Source: Erysipelotrichaceae bacterium OH741_COT-311
GTDB lineage: Bacteria; Bacillota_I; Bacilli_A; Erysipelotrichales; Erysipelotrichaceae
Assembly: GCA_003858585.1 (NCBI GenBank)
Contig: RQZE01000012.1
Coordinates: 1 to 32,000 of the forward strand
Direction: 5' to 3'
Length of the DNA stretch: 32,000 bases
Shown here one piece after another: positions 1 through 7,631 of this stretch (positions are counted from its first letter, which is position 1; each line of letters starts with the position of its first letter). A model generated the notes under the pieces. It searched no databases. It saw nothing but the letters and a program-made list of their open reading frames with translations, and had not been told where the DNA came from. The translations under genes were made by a program, and so were the position numbers.

Positions 1-30
1 TTTAAAGGGTAGCAAGTAAAGGATATGCAA

Positions 31-116
31 GCTGGCAGGCGATAAAAGCACACGTGTGTGCAGCCAGTGATAGTAGGGCTAAGCCCGAAAATGAAAAATC
101 ACCCGCTAGGCGGGTG
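31..116 (+). other. Structured non-coding stretch at the window edge (three stem-loops). It may be the 3' end of an RNA or of a mobile element lying left of the window.
   Basis: All three + frames hit stops within nt 1-20, and no ORF covers 1-224. Outer stem GCTGGC(31-36)/GCCAGT(63-68) encloses the perfect 14-nt palindrome GCACACGTGTGTGC (48-61). Two more hairpins follow: GGGC-TAA-GCCC (76-86) and CACCCGC-TAG-GCGGGTG (100-116), the latter followed by a T-rich GATATTTATT. Confidence 0.3.
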
Positions 117-181
117 GATATTTATTCATGGACAAAAGAAGAATGAATAGGGAAGGCAATATAAAAATATAAAGAAGTAAA

Positions 182-210
182 AACGTTATATCGATGTTAG
201 ATATAACGTT
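182..210. repeat. Perfect 11-bp inverted repeat AACGTTATATC-N7-GATATAACGTT
   Basis: Read directly from the sequence. It lies about 15 nt upstream of the point (in-frame stop at 222-224) where the truncated reading frame of 246..695 opens. Confidence 0.9.
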
Positions 211-245
211 ATATGAAATTATAGTTTGAGATATGCTTTAAATGG

Positions 246-695
246 ATGTCTTTTTATTACGGTGAAAAAATTTTCTCAGTTTGTGGAAACAAAAGAAATA
301 AGATAATTGTCAATACATTAGATAAAATTGATGTTATTGAAAACTATGCATCAGGGGTTAGAAGAATATTTGAAGATTATACTGATTTTACAAAACAACC
401 TGAATATTATATTTCTAACAATGGTGTTATAGTAACTCTATTTAATAGAAACTATGAAGCCCAAAATGAAGCTCAAAATGAAGCCCAAAATTTGAAATTG
501 GATAATCAAAAACGAATAGAGAAAATTTTAGAGTTAATCAAAGAAAATAAAAACATAACAAGAAGTAATCTTAAAGATATTCTAGGTGTATCAAAATCAA
601 CGATTGAGAGAGATATTTTGAAGTTAAAAGAAGAAGATAAACTAGAATATGTAGGAAGTTCAAAGAATGGTTATTGGAAGGTAAAGAATAATTAA
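246..695 (+). CDS. C-terminal remnant of a Schlafen/AlbA_2-type ATP-binding putative transcriptional regulator (HATPase_c_4 tail plus winged HTH); probably a 5'-truncated gene
   Basis: 149-aa ORF. KRNKIIVNTLDKIDVIENYASGVRRI resembles the RNxxI...IExxGSGIxRI tail of this family. An HTH-like C-terminus follows (ITRSNLKDILGVSKSTIERDILKLKEEDKLEYVG). Full-length relatives are several hundred aa (from memory). The frame is closed by a stop at 222-224, so the N-terminal domains are absent. Confidence 0.55.
   Translation: MSFYYGEKIFSVCGNKRNKIIVNTLDKIDVIENYASGVRRIFEDYTDFTKQPEYYISNNGVIVTLFNRNYEAQNEAQNEAQNLKLDNQKRIEKILELIKENKNITRSNLKDILGVSKSTIERDILKLKEEDKLEYVGSSKNGYWKVKNN
456..491 (+). repeat. 3 x 12-bp tandem repeat (GAAGCyCAAAAT) encoding (EAQN)3 inside ORF 246..695
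   Basis: Units at 456-467, 468-479 and 480-491 differ only at one C/T position. The protein reads YEAQNEAQNEAQNL. Confidence 0.9.
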
Positions 696-717
696 ACTAA
701 CAAAATATAAATTAATG

Positions 718-755
718 AAAGACAAGTAGAGACAAACTGCTTGTCTTTTTCTTTG
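718..755 (+). terminator. Intrinsic terminator after ORF 246..695
   Basis: Stem AAAGACAAG (718-726) / CTTGTCTTT (740-748) with a 13-nt loop, followed by TTTTTCTTTG. Confidence 0.55.
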
Positions 756-772
756 TAAAGAGGAGGTAAACA

Positions 773-1116
773 ATGAGTATGTATTTATTTGATGAACATC
801 CAATTATCGCAAATAAAACACTTGCTAGAGAAATTGGCTTAAATGAAGCATTAATATTACAACAAATAAATTATTGGATAGAGATAAAAAAACTGGTAAG
901 AATTTTTATGAGGGAAGATATTGGACATATAATTCAATTAGAAGTTGGAGGGAGAATGACTTTGATTATATGAGTCTTGATACAGTAAAAAGAACATTTG
1001 CAAAACTGGAAAAACAAGGCTATTTGATTAGTGGTAATTTTAATAAAGACCCAAGAGATAAAACTAAATGGTACACGATAGACGAGGAAAAATTATTTGA
1101 GTTGTATAAAAAATAG
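773..1116 (+). pseudogene. Replication-initiator / replisome-organizer-like wHTH protein (phage/ICE type), split by a frameshift at an A7 tract
   Basis: Track ORFs 773..973 and 874..1116 overlap in different frames and read as one protein across A7 (886-892): ...LILQQINYWIEIKK | TGKNFYEGRYWTYNSIRSW...LEKQGYLISGNFNKDPRDKTKWYTID. An AGGAGG RBS (761-766) sits 6 nt before ATG 773. The second ORF has only a TTG start and no RBS. Confidence 0.6.
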
Positions 1117-1160
1117 AGACTAAAAAGCAAGAAATAGAAAAACAAGCACTAGATAAAAAT

Positions 1161-1526
1161 GTGGATAACTTTGAAATAAATAATGTTATGCCCAATGCAA
1201 GAGTGCAAAATTATTTGAGAAGACAGGACGCAAAATTTGGATTATTACTTTCTTCATCATTTGATGAAGATGGACATTTTGTAGAAAACATACCAGATGA
1301 AAGTGTTGATGTAGAAAAAGTAGTCCAAACAGAAATGATGATTGATGCCTTAAATAGTGCATTAGAAAAACTTACAAAAAAAGAACGAGATCTTATTGAA
1401 AGGATTTGTTACCGTGATGAATCTTTAAGATATCTTGCTAAACTTAAAAACATTTCTCATCAAGCAATGGTGAAAAGAAAAAATAAAATACTAGAAAAGT
1501 TAAGAGAATTTTTATCTGACTTTTAA
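1161..1526 (+). CDS. Sigma-70 region-4-like small DNA-binding protein (mobile-element type)
   Basis: The C-terminus LTKKERDLIERICYRDESLRYLAKLKNISHQAMVKRKNKILEKLREFL fits a sigma-70 region 4 HTH, and no region 2 is present. The start is uncertain: GTG 1161 or ATG 1188. The frame is open from 1110. Confidence 0.55.
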   Translation: MDNFEINNVMPNARVQNYLRRQDAKFGLLLSSSFDEDGHFVENIPDESVDVEKVVQTEMMIDALNSALEKLTKKERDLIERICYRDESLRYLAKLKNISHQAMVKRKNKILEKLREFLSDF

Positions 1527-1541
1527 GTAATTCCAAAAGTG

Positions 1542-1575
1542 CAAGTTGGTGTTTATACATCAACTTGTTTCTTTG
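1542..1575 (+). terminator. Intrinsic terminator
   Basis: 11-bp stem CAAGTTGGTGT / ACATCAACTTG (one G-U pair) with tetraloop TTAT, followed by TTTCTTTG. Confidence 0.7.
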
Positions 1576-1592
1576 ATTATGAATTATTTCGC

Positions 1593-1622
1593 TTTATAGG
1601 GGTATATGCAAAATGATATAAT
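1593..1622 (+). promoter_or_regulatory. Candidate promoter of the immunity-gene array (extended -10)
   Basis: TGATATAAT at 1614-1622 is a TGn-TATAAT extended -10. The -35 is weak (TTTATA/TTATAG at 1593-1599). It lies in the 165-nt AT-rich gap before 1691. Confidence 0.35.
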
Positions 1623-1690
1623 TATTTGTGTATAAATAATCAATAAACAATTAATAATAAATAAAATTTAAAGTTTTATAGGAGACAATT

Positions 1691-2593
1691 ATGGGAGCTT
1701 GGAATGCAACAATTTTTGGGAATGACACATCACTAGATATCAAAGAAGAATTTTTTAGACGATATAATCTTGGAGAAGAAGTAGAAGATATCAAAAATTC
1801 TTTATTTCTAGAAGAAGATGATGAAGATAGATTTAATGTTATTTTTGCACTTGCTTACTGTATGTGGGAAGTTGGACAGCTAGATGATGAATTTTTAAAT
1901 GAAGTAAAATATATCATTGAGAGAGAAGAAGATTTAAAAGTAAATGAAGAATTAGGGGCGGATGCTAAATTTATCAAACAAAGAATTAAAAATTTAGAAA
2001 AGTTTTTAGAAAAAATTAGCATCAAAAAAGAAAAACCTAAAAAAAGAGTAGCTCCACCTGTAGAAGTAGAAAGTAAATACAGAAATGGTGCTGTGATGTT
2101 ATTTAATTATGTAGATGGTATGTGGGGAGTGGTTATCGCTGTTGAAGGTAAATTTTATGATAAAGAAACTTTTTACCACTATATTCAAACAGACATTAAA
2201 ATAGCAGAAAAACCAACGATGGAAGATGTGTTAAAAGCACATATCATTGATCCTAGTTTTCATAGTAAAGAATATAACTCATTTAGAGACCCAATCTACT
2301 ATCACTACTTTGTAAATTTAGTTTCCGGATATTTAAAAAGTAGTGGAACAAAACGATTTGAAAAATATAACGACCATGCTTTTGAGATTATTGGCTATTT
2401 AGCTGACTGGGGAAGATGCTCGAGTGGTGCTTTTCATTATTTTGATTATTATAGGCAAAAAACAGCAGAAGAATTTAAAGAGTGTGTAACGAAAGTTCTT
2501 ACAGAAAATTATGAAGAAAATTCTGATGTGAGAACAAAAATGACAGTTGCAGAAATAGAAAAAGAGTTTCTGACTCGTGTATTAACAAGGTAG
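1691..2593 (+). CDS. DUF4259-like N-terminal domain protein (immunity-island type)
   Basis: 300 aa. RBS is TAGGAGA. The N-terminus MGAWNATIFGNDTSLDIKEEFF...FALAYCMWEVGQLD matches my memory of the DUF4259 signature (MGAWG.G.FDND.A.D). Confidence 0.65.
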   Translation: MGAWNATIFGNDTSLDIKEEFFRRYNLGEEVEDIKNSLFLEEDDEDRFNVIFALAYCMWEVGQLDDEFLNEVKYIIEREEDLKVNEELGADAKFIKQRIKNLEKFLEKISIKKEKPKKRVAPPVEVESKYRNGAVMLFNYVDGMWGVVIAVEGKFYDKETFYHYIQTDIKIAEKPTMEDVLKAHIIDPSFHSKEYNSFRDPIYYHYFVNLVSGYLKSSGTKRFEKYNDHAFEIIGYLADWGRCSSGAFHYFDYYRQKTAEEFKECVTKVLTENYEENSDVRTKMTVAEIEKEFLTRVLTR

Positions 2594-2619
2594 TTTAATG
2601 TTTTAAAAGAGGGAAAAAT

Positions 2620-2931
2620 ATGAATGAATTTACACTCTTCTGTACATTAAAATTCTATAAGAATAAAAGAAAATCTTTACCAGATCTAATGTTAGGCAAT
2701 TATAGAGCCCATATATTAATAAAAGGGGATACACAGTATTTGGGGTTTTACTTTGAACAAGGAGAAATTAAAAATTTCGATGAAGAAACTAATTGTTGTC
2801 TAATACCGATCTATGATAGTGTTGACTATTCAAATTTAAAAGAAGGAACAAGTTTTTTTATTATGGAAGGCTGCAATAAGGTAGGGGAAGGAATTGTAAA
2901 TGAAATTTTTGATTGGCTTAAAATAAGATAG
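2620..2931 (+). CDS. Hypothetical small protein with an EF-Tu domain-III-like sequence pattern
   Basis: 103 aa. RBS is AGAGGGAAAA. GNYRAHILIKGDTQYLG and EGTSFFIMEGCNKVGEGIVNEI resemble GYRPQFYFRTTDVTG and [18 protein letters not shown] of EF-Tu domain III. Confidence 0.6.
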   Translation: MNEFTLFCTLKFYKNKRKSLPDLMLGNYRAHILIKGDTQYLGFYFEQGEIKNFDEETNCCLIPIYDSVDYSNLKEGTSFFIMEGCNKVGEGIVNEIFDWLKIR

Positions 2932-2984
2932 ATAAATAAGAAGTTTCTAGTAAATATAAAAGAATTTTTAAACGAGGTGATAGT

Positions 2985-3548
2985 ATGAAAAAAGAATTTT
3001 TAGAAAATATTTTACTAAAAGCAGAAATTGCTGGTGACAAGTATTACTTTAATATGGAAAAAGAAGACTTTGATAAAGCGATGAAAGGCAATGAAGAGGA
3101 AGATTTTTATAAAGAATATATAAGGCAAAGAGAAATAGGATTTGAAGCTTATCAAACAGAGCTGAAAGAAGAAATTAGGCAAATTTCATCATCTGATGAA
3201 CTTCATCTTTTGACTGCTGAATACAATTTTGATGCTGGGAATTTTTTATCAGTGCAAATCATAAACCATCCATTATGTGATCTAGAAACAGCAAAACTGA
3301 TTTATTGGCTTTCATCACCTACTTATATTTATGAACAATATGGTAGTTTAGAAAATTGCCCAAAAGAAGATTATATTTGTTATGATGATACAAAACTTTT
3401 AATGACAATTGAAGAAAAAGTAAAAAACAATGCTTTTAAAACAGGACTTTTTGTTGAAAAAAATGCTGTTATGATAGCAGAGATAGAGGAGGTAGATTTT
3501 TCAATCTCCCCATATAGTAATATACCTGAAAGTTTGAGAGAAAAATAA
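2985..3548 (+). CDS. DUF4274-like protein (immunity-island type)
   Basis: 187 aa. RBS is ACGAGGTGA. ELHLLTAEYNFDAGNFLSVQIINHPLCDLETAKLIYWLSSP matches my memory of the DUF4274 core. Confidence 0.6.
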   Translation: MKKEFLENILLKAEIAGDKYYFNMEKEDFDKAMKGNEEEDFYKEYIRQREIGFEAYQTELKEEIRQISSSDELHLLTAEYNFDAGNFLSVQIINHPLCDLETAKLIYWLSSPTYIYEQYGSLENCPKEDYICYDDTKLLMTIEEKVKNNAFKTGLFVEKNAVMIAEIEEVDFSISPYSNIPESLREK

Positions 3549-3568
3549 ATTTTTAAAGGAGTGAAAGT

Positions 3569-4081
3569 ATGAAAAAATATCTTTGGAACGAACACCCATA
3601 TTATAAAGAAAATTGTACGGACAAGTCACTGACTGATGAAATGGTTGTCGAAGCAGAAAAGAAACTTGGCTATAAATTGCCACAGTCTTATGTTGATTTG
3701 ATGAAAAGCAGAAATGGTGGGAAACTTATTAAAAATTATTGGATGAATGAAAATGCAAAAAGTAATGAAGTAGATGTCATTGGGCTTGAATGTTTTTATA
3801 GTATTGGAAGTGAAAAAGATAACTCGCTTTTTGGGAAATTTGGTAATGAATTTTGGTTTAATGAGTGGGAGTATCCGAGAGATGTGGGAGTAATTATTGC
3901 TAAAACAGAATCTGGCGGACACCATATGATTTATTTGGACTATCGTGAATGTGGAAAAGATCGAGAACCGAAAGTTTCCATTTGTTTTCAAGAAAGTGAT
4001 TATAAATTTCAAATACTTGCAAATAGTTTTGAGGAATTTCTTTTAATGCTCGTAACAGACGAAGAGCTAGAAGAGGTTTAG
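3569..4081 (+). CDS. SMI1/KNR4 (SUKH) family immunity-type protein, copy 1
   Basis: 170 aa. RBS is AAAGGAG. LTDEMVVEAEKKLGYKLPQSYVDLMKSRNGGKL is the typical SMI1/KNR4 N-terminal motif. It is a paralogue of 8604..9113. Confidence 0.8.
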   Translation: MKKYLWNEHPYYKENCTDKSLTDEMVVEAEKKLGYKLPQSYVDLMKSRNGGKLIKNYWMNENAKSNEVDVIGLECFYSIGSEKDNSLFGKFGNEFWFNEWEYPRDVGVIIAKTESGGHHMIYLDYRECGKDREPKVSICFQESDYKFQILANSFEEFLLMLVTDEELEEV

Positions 4082-4116
4082 TTAAATGAGTTTTAATTTT
4101 TAAAGGATAATATATT

Positions 4117-4830
4117 ATGGATACAACAAGAGAATGGCTAGAAAAATATGAAACAGTAAAACATTTATTAGTTGCACCTGTAAACTATGCAGAAGTTTTT
4201 GAAAAAAATGAAATTCATGGAAAAAAATTATTTGTTTTAGAAATGGGAGAAATCACATTTCCTACGGGAGAACTTTTAGTAAGAGATCCTTTGGTTTGGC
4301 TAAGTAGAAAAGAAAAACCTTACTTAACAAAAGTACCAATAGGAAAGTATAAAATTGAAACTTTGGTAGCGGAAATCGAAGAAGAACACTATCGTTATGT
4401 GCTTACAAGAGTAAAATTTAATGAAAATAAGCCTGTGATTTATTACGAAGCTTTAAAAGGTGATGAAAACCTAAAAGGCATAGATAATGAAAGTATTTTT
4501 GGATTTATGGTTGATGCAGGACTGGCAACTATAGTTGATGTAAAGACAAGAGATAAATATTGTGATTTTGTAGATACTTGGTATCAAGAAAATCCTGAAA
4601 AAAATATTTATGATGATTTTTTCGCAAAAGAATTTAAAGAAAATGCCATGAAAAATCCAAAATTTCAAAGAGAAGATGGAGATTGGATAAACTTCAAAAT
4701 ACCAAATACAGATTTATCAATTCCAATGATTCAGTCTGGTTTTGGAGATGGGCAGTATCCTGTATATTTTGGGTATGATGAAAATGGAAATCTTAGTGAT
4801 ATTGTTTTGGAATATATTCCGATAAATTAA
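4117..4830 (+). CDS. DUF4241-like protein (immunity-island type)
   Basis: 237 aa. RBS is AAAGGA. MVDAGLATIVD and IQSGFGDGQYPVYFGYDENGNLSDIVLEYI match the DUF4241 SG.GDG.YPVY.GYD signature (from memory). Confidence 0.65.
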   Translation: MDTTREWLEKYETVKHLLVAPVNYAEVFEKNEIHGKKLFVLEMGEITFPTGELLVRDPLVWLSRKEKPYLTKVPIGKYKIETLVAEIEEEHYRYVLTRVKFNENKPVIYYEALKGDENLKGIDNESIFGFMVDAGLATIVDVKTRDKYCDFVDTWYQENPEKNIYDDFFAKEFKENAMKNPKFQREDGDWINFKIPNTDLSIPMIQSGFGDGQYPVYFGYDENGNLSDIVLEYIPIN

Positions 4831-4846
4831 TTTCAAAGGGAGATAT

Positions 4847-5239
4847 ATGAACTATTTATTAAATAAAGATGATTTTGTTTTAAATGAATCAAAGTATGTT
4901 TCGGATTATGAATTTGAAGATGAAAATATTAAAGTAACCATTTATAAAGAAGATTTTACACAAAAAGAAATTGATTTTACGAATAAGTTAATTAATCTTT
5001 ATGGAGAGACTTTACCTAAAATTGCACTAGCTTGTGTAGAATCAGATACTTTTAAATATTGTTTCCCTGATGAAAATATTGAAAGCATTATCTCAAAATT
5101 GGGTAAGCCGATATTTAGAAGAATGGGAAATACAACTCTTTTAACGTATACAGAGCATAGTATTGACTATGACCATATTTTAGATATTGAATTTGAAGGT
5201 CTATATGATGATATATTTTCTGTTGGAATTGATGGGTAG
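4847..5239 (+). CDS. Hypothetical protein (possible immunity-type; C-terminus resembles that of 7632..8105)
   Basis: 130 aa. RBS is AAAGGGAG. The acidic protein ends in DHILDIEFEGLYDDIFSVGIDG. Confidence 0.55.
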   Translation: MNYLLNKDDFVLNESKYVSDYEFEDENIKVTIYKEDFTQKEIDFTNKLINLYGETLPKIALACVESDTFKYCFPDENIESIISKLGKPIFRRMGNTTLLTYTEHSIDYDHILDIEFEGLYDDIFSVGIDG

Positions 5240-5242
5240 ATT

Positions 5243-5431
5243 ATGAAAGAGTATATAAAAGAAATCTGAAACATATTAGCTGAGTTTAGTATTAAAAGTG
5301 AAAAAGATTATTTAGATAAAGAACCAGAAGAACTTGCTGTAATTTATGAAAATATGAAAATAGTACAGGAAGAGCATAATTTGTCCGATGAAGATATCGA
5401 AGAAGTGCTTGATTGTATATTTTCTAGATAA
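5243..5431 (+). pseudogene. 62-codon reading frame interrupted by a single in-frame TGA (5267-5269)
   Basis: Translation: MKEYIKEI*NILAEFSIKSEKDYLDKEPEELAVIYENMKIVQEEHNLSDEDIEEVLDCIFSR*. I checked the codon phase by hand from ATG 5243 to TAA 5429-5431. It is not in the ORF track because of the internal stop. Confidence 0.45.
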
Positions 5432-5449
5432 ACTGGCGTGAGAATTAAA

Positions 5450-5686
5450 ATGAAAAATCAAGAACTTCAAAATTTAGTACAATTAGAAATTAAAAAAAGA
5501 GAAAGTGTATCAGATATAATTGGAATGAATATGATGAAACGAGTTCTATTTGAACTCCAACAACTTGAGAAAAAACCACAATTTCAGCTAACTTATTCGA
5601 GAATATTAGTTGATAGTTGTGATTTTAATAATGACTTAGTCCATAAACTTCTTGAATATGCTTATTTTATTGATAAGAGAAAATAA
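5450..5686 (+). CDS. Hypothetical small protein
   Basis: The track ORF starts at GTG 5438. ATG 5450 (MKNQELQNL...) is the more likely start. The RBS is weak and I recognise no family. Confidence 0.5.
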   Translation: MKNQELQNLVQLEIKKRESVSDIIGMNMMKRVLFELQQLEKKPQFQLTYSRILVDSCDFNNDLVHKLLEYAYFIDKRK

Positions 5687-5709
5687 TTTTAATATATCAG
5701 GAGAATTTT

Positions 5710-5913
5710 ATGAAGAATAAGACAATTAATATTTGTGATGAATGTGAAAGTGAATATTTTGCAGATAGTTCTAAAATGGCTAATTTATGCCCGAATTGTT
5801 CTCACTATCTCTATGGTTATAAAAATTGCCAACATAAATTTGAAAATGGTAGATGTGTAAATTGCTATTTAGAGGAAAAAATTTATAAAAAAATAATGAA
5901 GATAAAACTTTAA
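5710..5913 (+). CDS. Small Cys-rich zinc-ribbon protein
   Basis: 67 aa. RBS is CAGGAGA. Cysteine/histidine pattern: C9xxC12...C27xxC30...C40xH42...C49xxC52. Confidence 0.65.
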   Translation: MKNKTINICDECESEYFADSSKMANLCPNCSHYLYGYKNCQHKFENGRCVNCYLEEKIYKKIMKIKL

Positions 5914-5944
5914 TATAATTTTTAAAAGAAAAGTAGAGAAAATA

Positions 5945-6388
5945 ATGAAGACTTTAAATAAAAATTTTAAATTTGATAAAAATAGAAATATTCCTTACAG
6001 TCTACATGATAGTAGAGTACAGGAAATTAAATTTCATAATAATACATTAACATTAAAAATTGATTCAATATTTCAATATATTAATTATGAAGAAAAAACA
6101 TACAAAGGAAGAATTTGTTTTAAAGACTGTGATATTGATTTATGTGAAGTGCTGATTTTTAATAAAACCTTAGGGGAAGGTTATTTTAAGGGGAAATCCT
6201 TTTATTTAGAGGAATTCATTGAAAAATACAACGATGTAGAATTTGAAATAATTACAGAAGGATATTTTGGAAATAGCACGACTTATATGGGCTGGCTTTG
6301 GGAAGATGGAAAAGAGCCTGTATCAGCTATTATGTACATTTGGAATAGTGGGGATATGGAATATATAATTGAAGAAGAAAATATTTAA
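5945..6388 (+). CDS. Hypothetical protein (unassigned family, in the immunity array)
   Basis: 147 aa. RBS-like AGTAGAGAAAA lies upstream. I recognise no motif. Confidence 0.55.
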   Translation: MKTLNKNFKFDKNRNIPYSLHDSRVQEIKFHNNTLTLKIDSIFQYINYEEKTYKGRICFKDCDIDLCEVLIFNKTLGEGYFKGKSFYLEEFIEKYNDVEFEIITEGYFGNSTTYMGWLWEDGKEPVSAIMYIWNSGDMEYIIEEENI

Positions 6389-6398
6389 AGGGTAATAT

Positions 6399-7442
6399 AT
6401 GAAACCAACGAAAGAAGAATTTAGAAAATTAAGTAATGAAGAGAAGTTGAAATGTATTCAAAATTTGCATACTTACTACGACCGTGAATTGATTTTGGAT
6501 TTATTATTATCTGAAAGTTTAGAGAATTTAGATTCAAAATTACTCTCAGAACTAGGAAGAGCATACAATAATAATGGGAAATACGAAGAGGCAATGGCTA
6601 TCTTGGATATGGTAGTAGAAGAAGATAGAGATGCAATGTGGTACTATCGTTATGCCTATTCACATAGTGAGTTAGCAAAAAATCTTAATTATGATTTTGA
6701 AACACAAGCAAGGAATACTTTTGAAAAAATAGAAAATGCAGTAAAACTTACCGATGATGAAGAAATAAGAAGATGTTGTTTTGAATTGATTGCTATGAGT
6801 CGCTTTGAGAAAACATTGCAAAATAAAAAGGAGAATTATCCGTTTTTATCTGAACACTATTTTGAATATGTGAGCCAAAAGAATAAAAAAATAGAAGATA
6901 CCATTGCCTTGGCAAAGGCACAAAAGAAAAAAATCTACAAAAAAATTACCATAGAGGATATTCAAAATCTTGAGGATTATTGGGATATTATAGATCCAAT
7001 GTTGCAGATTATCAATATTTATGATAGTTATGAAGATTATATAAGATCTGCAGAAAGTTTCACTTTAGAACAAAGATATTTATTGGCTCTTCATTGGTAT
7101 TTTGCAGAGGTAAATAACGGCGGGCATCATCAATTTTTCTACAACTCTACAGGAATTGTTTGGGAAGATGTGTTAAATGGTTTTAAACATTTTAAAATGC
7201 CAGAGTTTGCAGCTAATTTCCAAAAAGTAATTGATTATTGTGGTGGAAGTATTTCCTTGGATAGAGAAGAAAGATGGAATATGCTTGAATCATTGGAAAA
7301 CAAAAATGAAGAAGAATTTTTTAAAATTTTAGATGAAGCAGATGACTTTATTTATAAATATGAAGGCGAAGAAAACGAACTAAACTACATCAAAGCAAAC
7401 CCTGAAAAATTTGTATTTGAGGGAGAATACGAGAGATTTTAA
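6399..7442 (+). CDS. Helical N-domain plus DMP19/DUF4375-like C-domain protein
   Basis: 347 aa. RBS is AAAGGG. EQRYLLALHWYFAEVNNGGHHQFFYNSTGIVWEDVLNGFKHF matches the DMP19-type vNNGGf.Qff.Ns.g motif (from memory). Confidence 0.65.
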   Translation: MKPTKEEFRKLSNEEKLKCIQNLHTYYDRELILDLLLSESLENLDSKLLSELGRAYNNNGKYEEAMAILDMVVEEDRDAMWYYRYAYSHSELAKNLNYDFETQARNTFEKIENAVKLTDDEEIRRCCFELIAMSRFEKTLQNKKENYPFLSEHYFEYVSQKNKKIEDTIALAKAQKKKIYKKITIEDIQNLEDYWDIIDPMLQIINIYDSYEDYIRSAESFTLEQRYLLALHWYFAEVNNGGHHQFFYNSTGIVWEDVLNGFKHFKMPEFAANFQKVIDYCGGSISLDREERWNMLESLENKNEEEFFKILDEADDFIYKYEGEENELNYIKANPEKFVFEGEYERF

Positions 7443-7447
7443 AATTA

Positions 7448-7490
7448 AATAAAGAAATAAAATAAAAAATTTTTAAAATTTGGTTGTCAC
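7448..7490 (+). repeat. Cassette-junction repeat, copy A (partner at 9121..9162)
   Basis: AATAAAGAAATAAAATAAAAAATTTTTAAAATTTGGTTGTCAC versus AATAAAGTAATAAAATAAAAAATTTAAAAATTTGGTTGCCAC. The two differ at about 4 positions including one indel. Both begin 6-8 nt after the stop codon of unrelated genes. Confidence 0.7.
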
Positions 7491-7519
7491 GAAGAATTAA
7501 TTATACAATGTACGCAACT

Positions 7520-7547
7520 ATGGGTATATGTAACAAGTGAATTTGAA
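7520..7547 (+). repeat. 28-nt exact repeat, copy A' (partner at 8553..8580)
   Basis: ATGGGTATATGTAACAAGTGAATTTGAA is identical at both sites. In both it is read as WVYVTSEFE in an open frame. Confidence 0.9.
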
Positions 7548-7631
7548 AATCAGGAAGATATCATAGATGTTATTGATAATGTACTGGAAGATTTTGAAAA
7601 TAACAAAGAAAAAATAAAGGGAGGAAATAAT

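Noticed and set aside
1-140. Group II intron domain V/VI, tmRNA or RNase P 3' end
   Set aside because: The hairpins do not match the 34-nt domain V with an AGC triad and GNRA loop. There is no tRNA-like acceptor/T-arm ending in CCA. Nothing matches these families by eye, so it is left as an unclassified structured region.
456-491. Short tandem repeat considered as a possible CRISPR or mini-array
   Set aside because: It is only three directly abutting 12-bp units with no spacers, in frame inside an ORF. This is a coding microsatellite.
3380-4668. Minus-strand ORFs 3380..3595, 3501..3683, 3626..4012 and 4471..4668, plus 8665..8862 further on
   Set aside because: They lie entirely antisense to well-supported + strand genes with an RBS and recognisable families. 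Their translations are low-complexity Phe/Ile/Lys-rich, as expected for shadow frames in AT-rich DNA, and they have no RBS.
5267-5269. TGA read as Trp (genetic code 4, Mollicutes-like) or as selenocysteine
   Set aside because: TGA clearly terminates well-defined genes in the same window: padR at 10054-10056 and the methyltransferase at 17066-17068. Trp is encoded by TGG throughout. No SECIS-like hairpin is evident after 5269.
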